This document shows, one piece after another, positions 37,958 to 45,437 of a DNA stretch of 58,091 nt (its first letter is position 1; every line of letters begins with the position of its first letter). The notes under the pieces are model-generated. The model was not told the DNA's origin and did no database searches. It saw nothing but the letters and a program-made list of their open reading frames with translations. Location: assembly GCA_025350905.1 (NCBI GenBank), contig JANXWY010000202.1, positions 1 through 58,091 on the forward strand. The letters are read 5' to 3'. The stretch comes from Verrucomicrobiota bacterium. GTDB lineage: Bacteria; Verrucomicrobiota; Verrucomicrobiia; Limisphaerales; JADLHS01. Made by a program: the position numbers and the translations under genes.

Positions 37958-39763
37958 ATGCCCTCACTCCATTGGATCGGAAAGGAAGCCGTCGTGAATC
38001 ATCATCACGCCGTTCCGTTCCATTTGCTGCGCGACGTGCCGGAACTTTCCGTGGGCGAGCCGGGCGCGGGCAACCTCATCGTGCAGGGCGACAACCTCGT
38101 CGCGCTCAAGGCGCTGCTGCCTTACTACGCCGGGCAAGTGAAATGTGCCTATCTTGATCCGCCCTACAACACCGGCGTTGATGAACGAGACGAACAAGGC
38201 AAACGCACCGGTTGGATTTACAGCGACAATGTAAACAGTCCTGAAATCCGCGCATGGCTTGGGAAAGTGGTCGGAGCAGAAGCGGAGGATTTGTCACGGC
38301 ACGACAAGTGGCTTTGCATGATGTATCCGCGTTTGGCCTTGCTGAAACAATTTTTGCGGGCAGATGGTGTTTTGTTCGCCAGCATTGATGAAAACGAAAT
38401 TGCCAGCCTCCGGCTTTTGTTTGATGACTTGTTCGGAGTTGCGAACCGCGTGGGAACAATCGTTTGGAAAAATGCCACGGACAATAACCCGACCAACATT
38501 GCCAGCGAGCATGAATACGTCCTCTGCTACGCAAAGAACAAGGAGCGGCTGCCGAACGAATGGAAATCCACCAACCTCGCTGTAAAAACAAAACTGCTGG
38601 AGATTGGCGAGGAATTCGTCACGCGATTCAAGGATTCGGACGAGCGGCAGGCCGAGTATTCAAAATGGTTTCGGAAGAACAAAGATTTTCTATGGCCTTT
38701 CGACCGTTACAAATTTATTGATGATGGCGGGATTTTTACCGGCAGCCAAAGTGTCCACAACCCGGGTAAAGAGGGCTACCGCTTCGATATTCTGCATCCT
38801 GTTACTGGCAAGCCGTGCGCAGAGCCAATGATGGGCTACCGCTTCCCGAAAGCCACTGCCGACAAGTTGCGCGAAGAAGGCCGCATCATTTTCGGTGACG
38901 ATGAATCAAAAATCATCGAACTAAAACTTTATGTGAAAGACTACCGCGCCAAACTATCAAGCCTCTTTGAGTTGGATGGCCGCATCGGGACAAATGAAAT
39001 CAAAGATATCTTCCCCGACGACAACCGGCCATTTGATTTCCCAAAACCGACTGAATTGATCGAAGAGCTGTTGAGCTTCGCAACCAGCGGCGATGATTTG
39101 GTTTTAGATCCTTTCGGCGGATCGGGGACAACTGGCGACGCTGTGCTCAAGCTGAACATGGCCGACAATCAACGGCGGCGGTTTGTGGTCGTTGAGATGA
39201 AGCCGAAAATCGCCCGCGAACTTACAGCCAAGCGCGTGAAGCGCGTCGCGCAAGGCTACACGAACGCAAAGGGCGAGCAGGTGGCGGGTCTCGGCGGCGG
39301 TTTCCGCTTCTGCGAACTGGGCGAGCCGTTGTTCGACGAGTCCGGTAAGATTCGCGCGTCCGTCCGCTTCGCCGATCTGGCGCGGCACGTCTATTTCACC
39401 GAGACCGGCGAGCCGCTGCCTGAACTCGTAGCAGCCGACGTGAGGAGGCTCACTTCAAACTCGGGCGAAAAAGATAGTAAGAGCCTCGTTACCTCGGCTG
39501 CTACGAGGAAGAAGTCTCCGCTGCTCGGCATCCACAATGGCCGCGCGGTCTGCCTGCTTTACAACGGCATTCTGAAAGACAAATCCGTGGACGGCGGCAA
39601 CGCGCTTACGCAAGCCACGCTGGCACTGTTGCGCACGGCCTGCGACGGCCAGCGCGTGGAGCGACTCGTCGTCTATGGCACGTCGCAACGGTTGAGTCCG
39701 GCGCGGCTCAAACGCGAGGGCGTCACGTTCAAACAAATCCCTTACAGCATCCGCATCACATGA
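37958..39763 (+). CDS. mod: Type III restriction-modification DNA methyltransferase (Mod)
   Basis: Motif IV DPPYNTG (38156-38176) precedes motif I FGGSGTTG (39113-39136), the beta-class order typical of Type III Mod. The stop overlaps the res start (ATGA at 39760-39763). Confidence 0.9.
   Translation: MPSLHWIGKEAVVNHHHAVPFHLLRDVPELSVGEPGAGNLIVQGDNLVALKALLPYYAGQVKCAYLDPPYNTGVDERDEQGKRTGWIYSDNVNSPEIRAWLGKVVGAEAEDLSRHDKWLCMMYPRLALLKQFLRADGVLFASIDENEIASLRLLFDDLFGVANRVGTIVWKNATDNNPTNIASEHEYVLCYAKNKERLPNEWKSTNLAVKTKLLEIGEEFVTRFKDSDERQAEYSKWFRKNKDFLWPFDRYKFIDDGGIFTGSQSVHNPGKEGYRFDILHPVTGKPCAEPMMGYRFPKATADKLREEGRIIFGDDESKIIELKLYVKDYRAKLSSLFELDGRIGTNEIKDIFPDDNRPFDFPKPTELIEELLSFATSGDDLVLDPFGGSGTTGDAVLKLNMADNQRRRFVVVEMKPKIARELTAKRVKRVAQGYTNAKGEQVAGLGGGFRFCELGEPLFDESGKIRASVRFADLARHVYFTETGEPLPELVAADVRRLTSNSGEKDSKSLVTSAATRKKSPLLGIHNGRAVCLLYNGILKDKSVDGGNALTQATLALLRTACDGQRVERLVVYGTSQRLSPARLKREGVTFKQIPYSIRIT
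39428..39504. repeat. 77-nt palindromic element inserted in frame in mod
   Basis: Arms are GTAGCAGCCGACGTGAGGAGGCTC (39428-39451, identical to 11644-11667) and GAGCCTCGTTACCTCGGCTGCTAC (39481-39504), complementary at 21/24. It is translated as VAADVRRLTSNSGEKDSKSLVTSAAT. Confidence 0.8.
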
Positions 39764-42402
39764 GCGACCGCTACGGCCACAAGGATTACCAGAACAAGGT
39801 GCTCGAATCGTTGGGGCGCTACCTGCGCCGTTGTCGCGAGTTGAACAACCCGGAACAGGCGTTCGTGGAAACCACCGGCCAGCTCTGGGGCATGGGTCAT
39901 CTTTACAATCGGATTCACGAACTCCCGAACGGCGAGAAGATGCCGCTGGACATGCCATTCGTCTGTCTGCGCGTGCCGACGGGCGGCGGCAAAACGGTGA
40001 TCGGTGCGCGAGCCATCAAAGTCGTGCGCGACGAGTTGCTGGACACGGAACACCCGCTGGTGCTGTGGCTGGTGCCGAGCGACGCCATCCGGTTGCAGAC
40101 GCTCAAGGCCATGCGCGACCGGAAGCATCCTTTGTGCGACACGCTGCGGGAGGAATTGGGAGCGGTGGAAATCCTGGACGGCGCGGAGGCATTGAACGTG
40201 AAGCCCGCGACCTTGAACGGCGGGCCGGTGATCATGGTGGCAACGGTGCAATCGTTCCGAGTACAAAACACCGATGGGCGCAAGGTGTATGAGAACAGCG
40301 GACAATTGATGACGCACTTCGACCACATTCCGCGTGAAGTGAAGGAGCAATTTCCGCGCGGCTTCCCACATTCGCTGGCGAACGTGCTGCGGCTGCGGCG
40401 TCCGTTCGTGGTGGTGGACGAGGCGCACAATGCGCGGTCACCGTTGAGCATGGAAGTTCTGGAGCGTTTCCAGCCGCGCGCGATTCTGGAACTGACCGCC
40501 ACGCCGGAGTCGGACGAAAACCCGAGCAACGTGCTGCACAGTGTTTCGGCGGCGGAGTTAAAGGCGGAGAGCATGATCAAACTCCCCATCGTGCTGGAAG
40601 CGTTGACCGGCTTCAAAGAAATCATGGCGAGCGCGATTACCATGCGCGGTGAACTGGAGAAGGAAGCGGACGCGGAACGCGTGGCAACGGGTGAATACAT
40701 CCGGCCCATCCTGTTGCTGCAAGCCGAGCCGCACGACCAGGACCGGCCCGACGCGCTGACGGTGGAGGTCGTGGAGGCGGCGTTGCGCGAGGAACATTTC
40801 ATTCCGGAAGCTCAAATCGCGGTTGCGACCGGCACCGAGCGGGGTTTGGACGGCGTGGATTTGAACGCGGAGGATTGTAAGATTCGATTCGTCATCACGC
40901 AGTCGGCGTTGAAGGAAGGCTGGGATTGTCCGTTTGCGTATGTGCTTTGTTCGGTGGCGAACCTGCGGAGCGCGACGGCGATTGAGCAAATCCTGGGTCG
41001 CATCCTGCGGATGCCGAGGGCGGAAAGGAAAACGCGCCTGGCGCTGAACCGGGCTTATGCGTTCGTGCGGTCGCCGCATTTCTTCATCGCGGCGGAACTG
41101 TTGCGCGATCAACTGGTCAAGAGCGCGGGCTTCAACCAGAAGGAGGCGCGCGAGTTCTTCGTGGCGCGACAGCGGCAGCAGGGAATGGATTTCGATGCGG
41201 CGGGACGGCGTTCCGTGACGGTGACGCTGCCGGAGAATTTTGCAGTGGAGTCGATGCCGGCCGACGCGCGGGAATTCGTCACCCAACTGGAGGATGGGAA
41301 GCGCACGGTGACGTTGACCGGTCGCCCCACGAAAGCTGCGGTTGCGGCCATCGTGGCAGCGGTGGAACAGCCGGAGAGCAAGGATCTCCTGCGCGCCGCC
41401 GCCGCCGAACTGGGGCAGCACGAGCGTATCATGTCCGCACCAGCGGAACGAGGCGAGCGGTTCGCCGTACCGCAAATGATGCTGGAGTTCCACGGCGAAT
41501 TGATTTCACCGGACGAGGCGGAATGGCTGGAAGTCGGCTGGCAACTGCCGTTGCCGCCGACGGCGGAAGATTTGCCGGGACTCGAAGCCGCGCCGCCGTC
41601 CGAGTCCGTGGGCATCGTGGACGTGGAGGATGGGAGAGTCATCACCCGGCGGATGCCGGAACTGGCGAAGGAATTGCAGTTGATCGAGGTGATGGAGAAC
41701 TGGACGCAAGTGCGGCTGGTATCGTGGCTGGATCGGAACATCCCGCATTCCCGGCTGGGACAGGATGCGTTTCGCGCCTACCTCGACGGCGTCATCACTG
41801 GGCTGCAACCGAAATATCCCTTGGGGCGGCTGGTGAAGGAACGGTTCGAGTTGCGGCGCAAGATCGAGGCGCGCATGGGTGACTTGGAAAAGGCGGAACG
41901 GCGGCAGGCTTATCAACAGGCATTGTTCGGCAAAGATTCACAAACCAAGGTTCGCGTGGGCGGCGATTACGTTTTCAATTACGATCCGAGCAATTATCCC
42001 CGCCGCGAGATTTGTCCGCGCAGCAAGGAGTTCACGAAGCATTACTACGAACACGTCGGTGATCTTGACGACGAAGTGAACCGCGAGGAGTTCAGGTGTG
42101 CCATGCTCATTGACGGACAGGACGGCGTCGAGTGGTGGGTGCGCAATCTGGAGCGGCAGCCGTTGCACGCGTTCTGGCTGCAAACCAGCACGGACAAGTT
42201 TTATCCCGATTTTGTGTGCAAGCTGAAGAACGGGAAAATTCTCGTGGTGGAATACAAAGGTGGCCACCTGGACAACAAAGACACCGACGAAAAAGAGCGG
42301 TTGGGCAATCTCTGGGCGGAACGCAGCGAAGGGCGGTGTCGGTTCCTGATGGTTCGGACGCCGAAGGAATTTGATCGCGTCATCGCCGCCGCGCAGATGT
42401 AA
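39760..42402 (+). CDS. res: Type III restriction enzyme, Res subunit (helicase + PD-(D/E)xK nuclease)
   Basis: Motif I is RVPTGGGKT and motif II is VVVDEAHN. The helicase C-domain contains TQSALKEGWDCPFAYVL. The C-terminal nuclease motif is YPDFVCKL...ILVVEYKG. Confidence 0.9.
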   Translation: MSDRYGHKDYQNKVLESLGRYLRRCRELNNPEQAFVETTGQLWGMGHLYNRIHELPNGEKMPLDMPFVCLRVPTGGGKTVIGARAIKVVRDELLDTEHPLVLWLVPSDAIRLQTLKAMRDRKHPLCDTLREELGAVEILDGAEALNVKPATLNGGPVIMVATVQSFRVQNTDGRKVYENSGQLMTHFDHIPREVKEQFPRGFPHSLANVLRLRRPFVVVDEAHNARSPLSMEVLERFQPRAILELTATPESDENPSNVLHSVSAAELKAESMIKLPIVLEALTGFKEIMASAITMRGELEKEADAERVATGEYIRPILLLQAEPHDQDRPDALTVEVVEAALREEHFIPEAQIAVATGTERGLDGVDLNAEDCKIRFVITQSALKEGWDCPFAYVLCSVANLRSATAIEQILGRILRMPRAERKTRLALNRAYAFVRSPHFFIAAELLRDQLVKSAGFNQKEAREFFVARQRQQGMDFDAAGRRSVTVTLPENFAVESMPADAREFVTQLEDGKRTVTLTGRPTKAAVAAIVAAVEQPESKDLLRAAAAELGQHERIMSAPAERGERFAVPQMMLEFHGELISPDEAEWLEVGWQLPLPPTAEDLPGLEAAPPSESVGIVDVEDGRVITRRMPELAKELQLIEVMENWTQVRLVSWLDRNIPHSRLGQDAFRAYLDGVITGLQPKYPLGRLVKERFELRRKIEARMGDLEKAERRQAYQQALFGKDSQTKVRVGGDYVFNYDPSNYPRREICPRSKEFTKHYYEHVGDLDDEVNREEFRCAMLIDGQDGVEWWVRNLERQPLHAFWLQTSTDKFYPDFVCKLKNGKILVVEYKGGHLDNKDTDEKERLGNLWAERSEGRCRFLMVRTPKEFDRVIAAAQM

Positions 42403-42641
42403 CGCCCTCGCAAGGCTTGGATCATTGGTGGTACGTGAACCCGGGGCGTCGCTCGCAGACACGCTTTAACCCGGGCTGTCATATTCCGGGCTCTCCGCCC
42501 TTCGGATCAGCGCGCATCAGCGTTAATCAGCGGTTCAACTCTTCGCGCTTTTGCGCCTTGGCGTCTTTGCGTTGCAACTGGTTCGCGTGATTCGCGTGGT
42601 TCGCGGTTCAAACTTGTGTGGCCCCTTCAGGGGAATGGCAC

Positions 42642-42989
42642 TTAGTTAAGGCCCAAAACTTTTTTGCCCAAACGTTTACGACGCTGTGGATGAGGCACGG
42701 TTTCAAACAGCACTCGTCGTGAGAGCCGCTGCATTTCTTTGATCGTTTTCTTCATCACTTTCCAATTGGCGATGGCAACGCTGAGCCACTCGTACTGCTC
42801 TTTGGATAGGGCCACGCTGACCGTCTTGCCTTTGAGCTTGCGCGTCCACTGAAAGCAGGGTCCTCCAGCACCCGGGCCCCGGTCCTGCGCATACCCTTCA
42901 CTGATCCATCCCACCTGGCTGAGCTTGCGTTGCAGTTGTTCATAGCGGCGCCGGCTTTCGGCCAGCGAAAATGGTTTTGTCGCTTTCAT
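42642..42989 (-). CDS. small IS-borne hypothetical protein
   Basis: 115 aa from the ATG at 42989 (MKATKPFSLAESRRRYEQLQRK...WTRKLKGKTVSVALSKEQYEW...). The stop lies inside the left IR. The longer track ORF reaching 43553 is a GC-driven extension. Confidence 0.55.
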   Translation of the reverse strand: MKATKPFSLAESRRRYEQLQRKLSQVGWISEGYAQDRGPGAGGPCFQWTRKLKGKTVSVALSKEQYEWLSVAIANWKVMKKTIKEMQRLSRRVLFETVPHPQRRKRLGKKVLGLN

Positions 42990-43037
42990 GGGTTTTAGCT
43001 TAACCCCGCTGTCAAGAGGCGGTATACATACCGCCTT

Positions 43038-44534
43038 ATGACGATATCGAGGTCCCAATCCACCCCCTTCTTCCCCCAACTCCGTCCGGTCCTGGCGCCC
43101 ATGGGCTCGGGTCTGGCCTGCGCCCTGAAGCGTTCCCGCCAGGCGACCCTCGACCAGCTCGAAGTCCGCTTCTCTGCGGTCTTGCCCCAATCGCTCTTCC
43201 CAAAGTCCGCGGACGGGGCCAACAGCCGAGCGCGTATTTACACCCAATGGCGCACCTTCTGGTCCGCGCTGTGGCAGGTCTTGACCCCGGGCACCCCCGA
43301 CCGGGCGGTCGTGCGCCAACTCCAAGCCCTGGGTGTTCTGGGCAACTCCGATCCCATCGCTGCTTCCGACTCCGCCTACTGTCAGGCCCGAGCCCGTCTC
43401 TCTGGCGAGAGCCTGGCCAAAGCCCTCGCCGCCACCGCCGCCGCGGCCGAGCACAAAGCCCCCACGCTCGCCGCCGGCTTCCTCCAAAACCGGCCCGTTA
43501 AAGCCGTGGACGGCTGCGCGATCACCCTGCCCGACAGCCCGGAAAATCGGCAAGCCTATCCAAAGGTTCAGTCACCCAAGAACAAGGAAGCCGCCGTCTT
43601 CCCCATGCTGCGGATGCGGGTCCTCTTTTCTCTGGCCAGCGGCGCCATTTTATCGGCGCTCACCGGCAGTCTGGTCGTCTGCGAATTGGCTTTGTTGCGC
43701 CAGTTGCTCGGCCAACTCCAATCCGGGGACATCCTTTTGGGCGACCGTGGCTTTGGCAATTTTGTCGTGCTGAGCCTGCTCCAAAAGATCGGGGTGGACT
43801 TCATTGGCCGCTCCAAGCGGGGCGTCGACGGGCGCAAGCGTCAGCAACGGCTCGGCCGCAACGACTGGCTCCTGACCTGGCGCAAGAGCGCTTCCGCCTC
43901 CACGGTGATGAGCTTGGCGGAGTGGGACCTTGTCCCCAAGGAAATGACCGTCCGCATCGTGGTCGGACGCTATCAGCAGAAAGGTTTTCGGCTGCGCCAG
44001 GTCACCCTGGTCACGACGCTGTTGGATCCGCAGCTCTATCCGGCCGAGGAAATTCTGCGCGCCTACGGGCGGCGGTGGCGGCTGGAGATGTGCCTGGACG
44101 ACCTCAAGACCACCCTGGGCATGGCGATGTTGAGTTGGAAGCGCCCGCCGATGGTTCAAAAGGAGCTTCAGTTGCACCTCATCGCGCACAATCTGGTTCG
44201 GTTGGTGATGGCCGAATCCGCCCGTGCGCATGACAGGTCGATCGAGCGCTTGAGTTTCAAGGGGACGCTCGACGCGCTGAAGGAATTTGGTAAGGCGATG
44301 GGCCAGGCGCGCTCCAAGCAAAAGCGTGAAGAGTTGCGAGCGCATCTCTGGCGAGCCATTGCCGAGGACGAAGTGCCCGAACGACCTGGGAGGCGCGAGC
44401 CCAGAGCGGTCAAACGCGTGAAGAGAAAATATCCGCGGCTCAATCAGCCAAGGCACAAATTCGTTGACTGGCCCAAGCGCCATGAACGCCGCCGAACGGC
44501 CAAAAACCTCAGGAATTTGAATCGAAATCCTTAA
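43038..44534 (+). CDS. IS4-family DDE transposase
   Basis: DDE candidates are AVDGCAITLPD, LLGDRGF and the Y-x2-R-x3-E-x6-K signature YGRRWRLEMCLDDLK. The stop TAA lies inside the right IR. Confidence 0.9.
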   Translation: MTISRSQSTPFFPQLRPVLAPMGSGLACALKRSRQATLDQLEVRFSAVLPQSLFPKSADGANSRARIYTQWRTFWSALWQVLTPGTPDRAVVRQLQALGVLGNSDPIAASDSAYCQARARLSGESLAKALAATAAAAEHKAPTLAAGFLQNRPVKAVDGCAITLPDSPENRQAYPKVQSPKNKEAAVFPMLRMRVLFSLASGAILSALTGSLVVCELALLRQLLGQLQSGDILLGDRGFGNFVVLSLLQKIGVDFIGRSKRGVDGRKRQQRLGRNDWLLTWRKSASASTVMSLAEWDLVPKEMTVRIVVGRYQQKGFRLRQVTLVTTLLDPQLYPAEEILRAYGRRWRLEMCLDDLKTTLGMAMLSWKRPPMVQKELQLHLIAHNLVRLVMAESARAHDRSIERLSFKGTLDALKEFGKAMGQARSKQKREELRAHLWRAIAEDEVPERPGRREPRAVKRVKRKYPRLNQPRHKFVDWPKRHERRRTAKNLRNLNRNP

Positions 44535-44723
44535 TTAAGTGCCATTCCCCCTTCAGGGCTTGGATTGGTTTTGGACCCGAACCCGGGGCTTCACCCCGGG
44601 CTGTAATCTGCCGGGCTTTCAGCCCTTCATTTCGTGCGAATTTGTGTAATTCGCGTCAGAAGTTTTTGCGTTCTCTGCGTTCTTTCGTGGCGGAATGGAA
44701 TCCGTGGTTAAACAAATTCGACA

Positions 44724-44765
44724 CCTTACCCTCAATCCCTCTCCCCGATCGAGGCGGAGAGGGTG
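44724..44765 (+). repeat. GC-rich hairpin repeat, copy 3
   Basis: ccttaccctcaatCCCTCTCCccgatcgaggcGGAGAGGGtg has an 8-bp stem, CCCTCTCC/GGAGAGGG. Confidence 0.5.
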
Positions 44766-44770
44766 TGACC

Positions 44771-44846
44771 AAAGTACCAGTTTCGTAAAGCGGTGGTGCA
44801 CTTCCTTGAAATGGAAATCCAGTGAGCAGCGGGCTTCGAATTCGAC
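44771..44846 (-). repeat. diverged copy A of the purB 3' end (relic att site)
   Basis: The minus strand reads AVEFEARCSLDFHFKEVHHRFTKLVLW, against the purB end GELEALCSLDFHFKEVNNRFKKLGL*. My hand alignment gives about 81% nt identity over about 70 nt. The stop is mutated (TGA to TGG). Confidence 0.8.
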
Positions 44847-44850
44847 GGCA

Positions 44851-45009
44851 TCATGGTTTCTGCGCCACCACTTTGCCATCCTGCCAGACGTAGATGGGCG
44901 TGCCGTGGGCGCGGGCGGTCTTGCGCGCCGCCTGACCGGCGCGGCGCAGGGCACGACCAACGGTTGCCGCAAAGGACTTGGTGGGTTTCTTTCCGTGCGT
45001 GGTTTTCAT
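44851..45009 (-). CDS. 52-aa basic protein, putative partner of the zeta-toxin-like gene
   Basis: This ORF is not in the track because it is under 60 aa. It reads MKTTHGKKPTKSFAATVGRALRRAGQAARKTARAHGTPIYVWQDGKVVAQKP*. Its ATG overlaps the toxin-fragment stop (ATGA at 45006-45009). Confidence 0.55.
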   Translation of the reverse strand: MKTTHGKKPTKSFAATVGRALRRAGQAARKTARAHGTPIYVWQDGKVVAQKP

Positions 45010-45248
45010 GGCTCGCTCTCCAGCAACCGGGGTGCGTTCCGGGAATTATCATACACCGCCCGTGCGCCGGCGAGTGGTTTATACGCGATCTCAAAATTCC
45101 GCCAGCCGCGCACAAAACGACGCAGCACGTCGGCGCGTGGGACGTTGTGCCCGCCTTGCTTCACGCGCATGGCGATACGGCGCAAGGCCAGTTGCGGCGA
45201 GGGCAATTTCAGAAACACCATCTCGACGCGATAGCCAGCCGCCAGTTC
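45006..45248 (-). pseudogene. C-terminal fragment of a zeta-toxin/COG4185-type P-loop kinase
   Basis: ELAAGYRVEMVFLKLPSPQLALRRIAMRVKQGGHNVPRADVLRRFVRGWRNFEIAYKPLA...VYDNS matches the C-terminal half of zeta-toxin-domain ATPases. The Walker A half is missing. The break coincides with purB-end copy B. Confidence 0.65.
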
Positions 45249-45319
45249 ACGGCCCCAGCTTCCTGAACCGGTGGTTAACTTCCTTGAAATGGAAAGCGAG
45301 CGAGCCGAGGCTTCGAGTT
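45247..45319 (-). repeat. diverged copy B of the purB 3' end (relic att site)
   Basis: The minus strand reads FHFKEVNHRFRKLGP* with the stop at the equivalent position. It has a 1-nt deletion relative to purB further upstream. My hand alignment gives about 85% nt identity over about 69 nt. Confidence 0.8.
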
Positions 45320-45437
45320 TTTTTGACGGGATTAACAAGCTGAACAGAACGAAGGCAGTCGGGCCGCAGGTTCTTGTTTCATTCTGTAAATCCGGTTCCT
45401 CCGGTCCAAAGCTCAGACTCGAGCTCTCGGTATCGCC

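Larger units (their letters stand above)
42631..44549 (+). mobile_element. intact IS4-family insertion sequence (1919 bp) with passenger ORF
   Basis: The 21-bp terminal inverted repeats are GGGAATGGCACTTAGTTAAGG (42631-42651) and CCTTAATTAAGTGCCATTCCC (44529-44549), matching at 20/21. A 7-bp direct repeat CCTTCAG flanks the element at 42624-42630 and 44550-44556. Confidence 0.9.

Noticed and set aside
31768-42402. The SNF2 gene plus mod/res might be read as a DISARM, BREX or Dpd-type system.
   Set aside because: No DUF1998, PLD, PglZ, PglX, Lon-like or tRNA-guanine transglycosylase gene is present. The mod and res genes have the standard overlapping Type III organisation and the standard motifs on their own.
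42990-43553. The track shows a 303-aa ORF (42642-43553) extending the IS-borne small gene across the transposase 5' region.
   Set aside because: The upstream 188 codons are Gly/Arg-rich and overlap the transposase gene antisense. A clean ATG at 42989 gives a compact 115-aa product.
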